Shown here one piece after another: positions 62,690 through 64,000 of a DNA stretch of 64,000 bases. A model generated the notes under the pieces. That model saw only the letters and a program-made list of their open reading frames with translations, searched no databases and had not been told where the DNA came from. The translations under genes were made by a program, and so were the position numbers. How positions within the stretch are numbered: the first letter of the stretch is position 1; the number at the start of each line of letters is the position of its first letter. The DNA lies in assembly GCA_963667015.2 (NCBI GenBank), contig CAXXJJ010000004.1:3680001-3744000 (forward strand), given 5' to 3'. The stretch comes from Desulfatiglandales bacterium (GTDB taxonomy: Bacteria; Desulfobacterota; DSM-4660; Desulfatiglandales; HGW-15).

Positions 62690-62916
62690 GCCCGACAAAT
62701 CCACTTTTTTTAGAAACAGGAATCCTGATTTCGCTTTCGGCAAATACAGGAACAAGCATATCACATAATATTTTCACTATATTTTATAGGGTTCTTGATA
62801 ACGGCGGGCAGGCAAGATCCTTCTGTCCGCCGGCATCATAAAACAAAACAGGAATTATATGTTCGCTGTTTTTTTACTACCCTCTTTTTTACATGCAATA
62901 TCAAGATGTTATCGAG

Positions 62917-62932
62917 TGGCACGTTGAATGCA
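62917..62932 (+). promoter_or_regulatory. Sigma-54 promoter
   Basis: TGGCACGTTGAATGCA (GG-N10-GC). Confidence 0.7.
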
Positions 62933-62984
62933 TTTGTCTCCAAAGGTTTAATATGTATTTTAAATTATTAAAAAAGGAGAAAAA

Positions 62985-64000
62985 ATGAAGATAGAAACAG
63001 CCAGTGATGAGGAGTTTGAGCCTCCCAGTATGGGCGCGATACCTGTCCCGCTTGAACCTGAAGAATTACCTGAAAAAGCCAAAGTAACCACCCTTCGTCG
63101 AGTTTGCAGCACTCCTAAATTTAAAACCGGTCAGAAGACAACAATATTTCGAAAAAAATATTTTCCCACAGTTTCATCTGCTGAATGGAATAACTGGCAG
63201 TGGCAGCTGAGAAACAGGATACGTGATCTCAACAGTCTAAAGCAGTTTATAAACCTTTCAGAAGATGAGATTACAGCGATCGGCCTTAGCGAGAATGGCC
63301 TGCCCCTTAACATTACGCCCTATTATGCCAGTCTTATTGACAGGGACAATCCTGAGCACCCGGTTAGAAAGGCAATCGTACCGGTAACCGCTGAAAGCAT
63401 AATGTCATACGGTGAAGCCGCGGACCCTCTTGGTGAAGATTCGGACAGTCCGGTTCACGGTCTTGTGCACAGGTATCCAGACAGGGTCCTTTTTCTTGTT
63501 ACTGATTTTTGCTCAAGCTACTGCAGGTATTGCACACGCTCAAGAATGGTCGGCGGAGGCCATTGCCAGGCATCGGACAGAGCCCGCTGGGAAAAGGCAA
63601 TAAAATATATTGCTGAGAATAAATCCATAAGGGATGTCCTGCTTTCCGGCGGCGATCCTCTCACACTCCCTGATGAAGCCCTTGAATGGCTGCTTTCAAA
63701 CCTCAGGAAAATCGATCATGTTGAGATGATCAGGATTGGCACAAAGGTACCCGTTGTTCTTCCTCAAAGAATTACGCCTTCTCTTACGCGGATGCTGAAG
63801 AAGTATCATCCGCTCTGGATGAGTATACATTTCATGCACCCGGAAGAACTGACACCCGAAACAGCCCAGGCATGCGAAAGACTGGCCGATGCAGGAATAC
63901 CCCTTGGAAGCCAGACTGTCCTGCTCGGGGGAATAAACGATAATGTTGAAACAATTAAATCCCTTGTTCACGGTCTTTTAAAGGTAAGAGTGAAACCCTA
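62985..64000 (+). CDS. KamA-family radical SAM (lysine 2,3-aminomutase-like), partial
   Basis: WNNWQWQL, ITPYY, DPLGED, HRYPDRVL, CSSYCRYCTR, SGGDPL; runs off the window. Confidence 0.93.
   Translation, partial: MKIETASDEEFEPPSMGAIPVPLEPEELPEKAKVTTLRRVCSTPKFKTGQKTTIFRKKYFPTVSSAEWNNWQWQLRNRIRDLNSLKQFINLSEDEITAIGLSENGLPLNITPYYASLIDRDNPEHPVRKAIVPVTAESIMSYGEAADPLGEDSDSPVHGLVHRYPDRVLFLVTDFCSSYCRYCTRSRMVGGGHCQASDRARWEKAIKYIAENKSIRDVLLSGGDPLTLPDEALEWLLSNLRKIDHVEMIRIGTKVPVVLPQRITPSLTRMLKKYHPLWMSIHFMHPEELTPETAQACERLADAGIPLGSQTVLLGGINDNVETIKSLVHGLLKVRVKP

Overview
Chromosomal window, probably from a deltaproteobacterium (Desulfobacterota-like; inferred from gene order and content). Housekeeping blocks are secG-tpiA-gap-rimI-PTS-hpf-rpoN-lptBAC-kdsC-kdsA, a DUF39 sulfurtransferase-cbiQO-feoB-DtxR-greA block, and Nudix-hybrid kinase-mltA-lpxC-NtrY-like kinase-lpxK-Trm112-KamA. 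Three accessory regions alternate with these. (1) 1-15.6 kb: a complete six-gene type 1 BREX system followed by a 68-aa ORF and a large HEXXH protein that the ORF track misses. (2) 35-47 kb: a mosaic of toxin-antitoxin and defence-type cassettes (YhcG, XRE-IrrE-microprotein-GIY-YIG-like, RhuM x2, HipA-like kinase + DUF3037-like, an intact ISL3). These are separated by copies of a repeated linker that begins with a GGGGTC REP-like motif, and several genes are truncated at that motif. (3) 49.7-52.7 kb: an AT-rich islet 3' of tRNA-Pro with a three-gene operon (membrane-anchored PRTase, HD hydrolase, MoaA/viperin-like radical SAM enzyme), which is the best candidate for an undescribed nucleotide-chemistry defence system. 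Two tRNAs and a ~190-nt structured ncRNA candidate are also present. No CRISPR array was seen. All calls come from motif recognition by eye; no searches were run.
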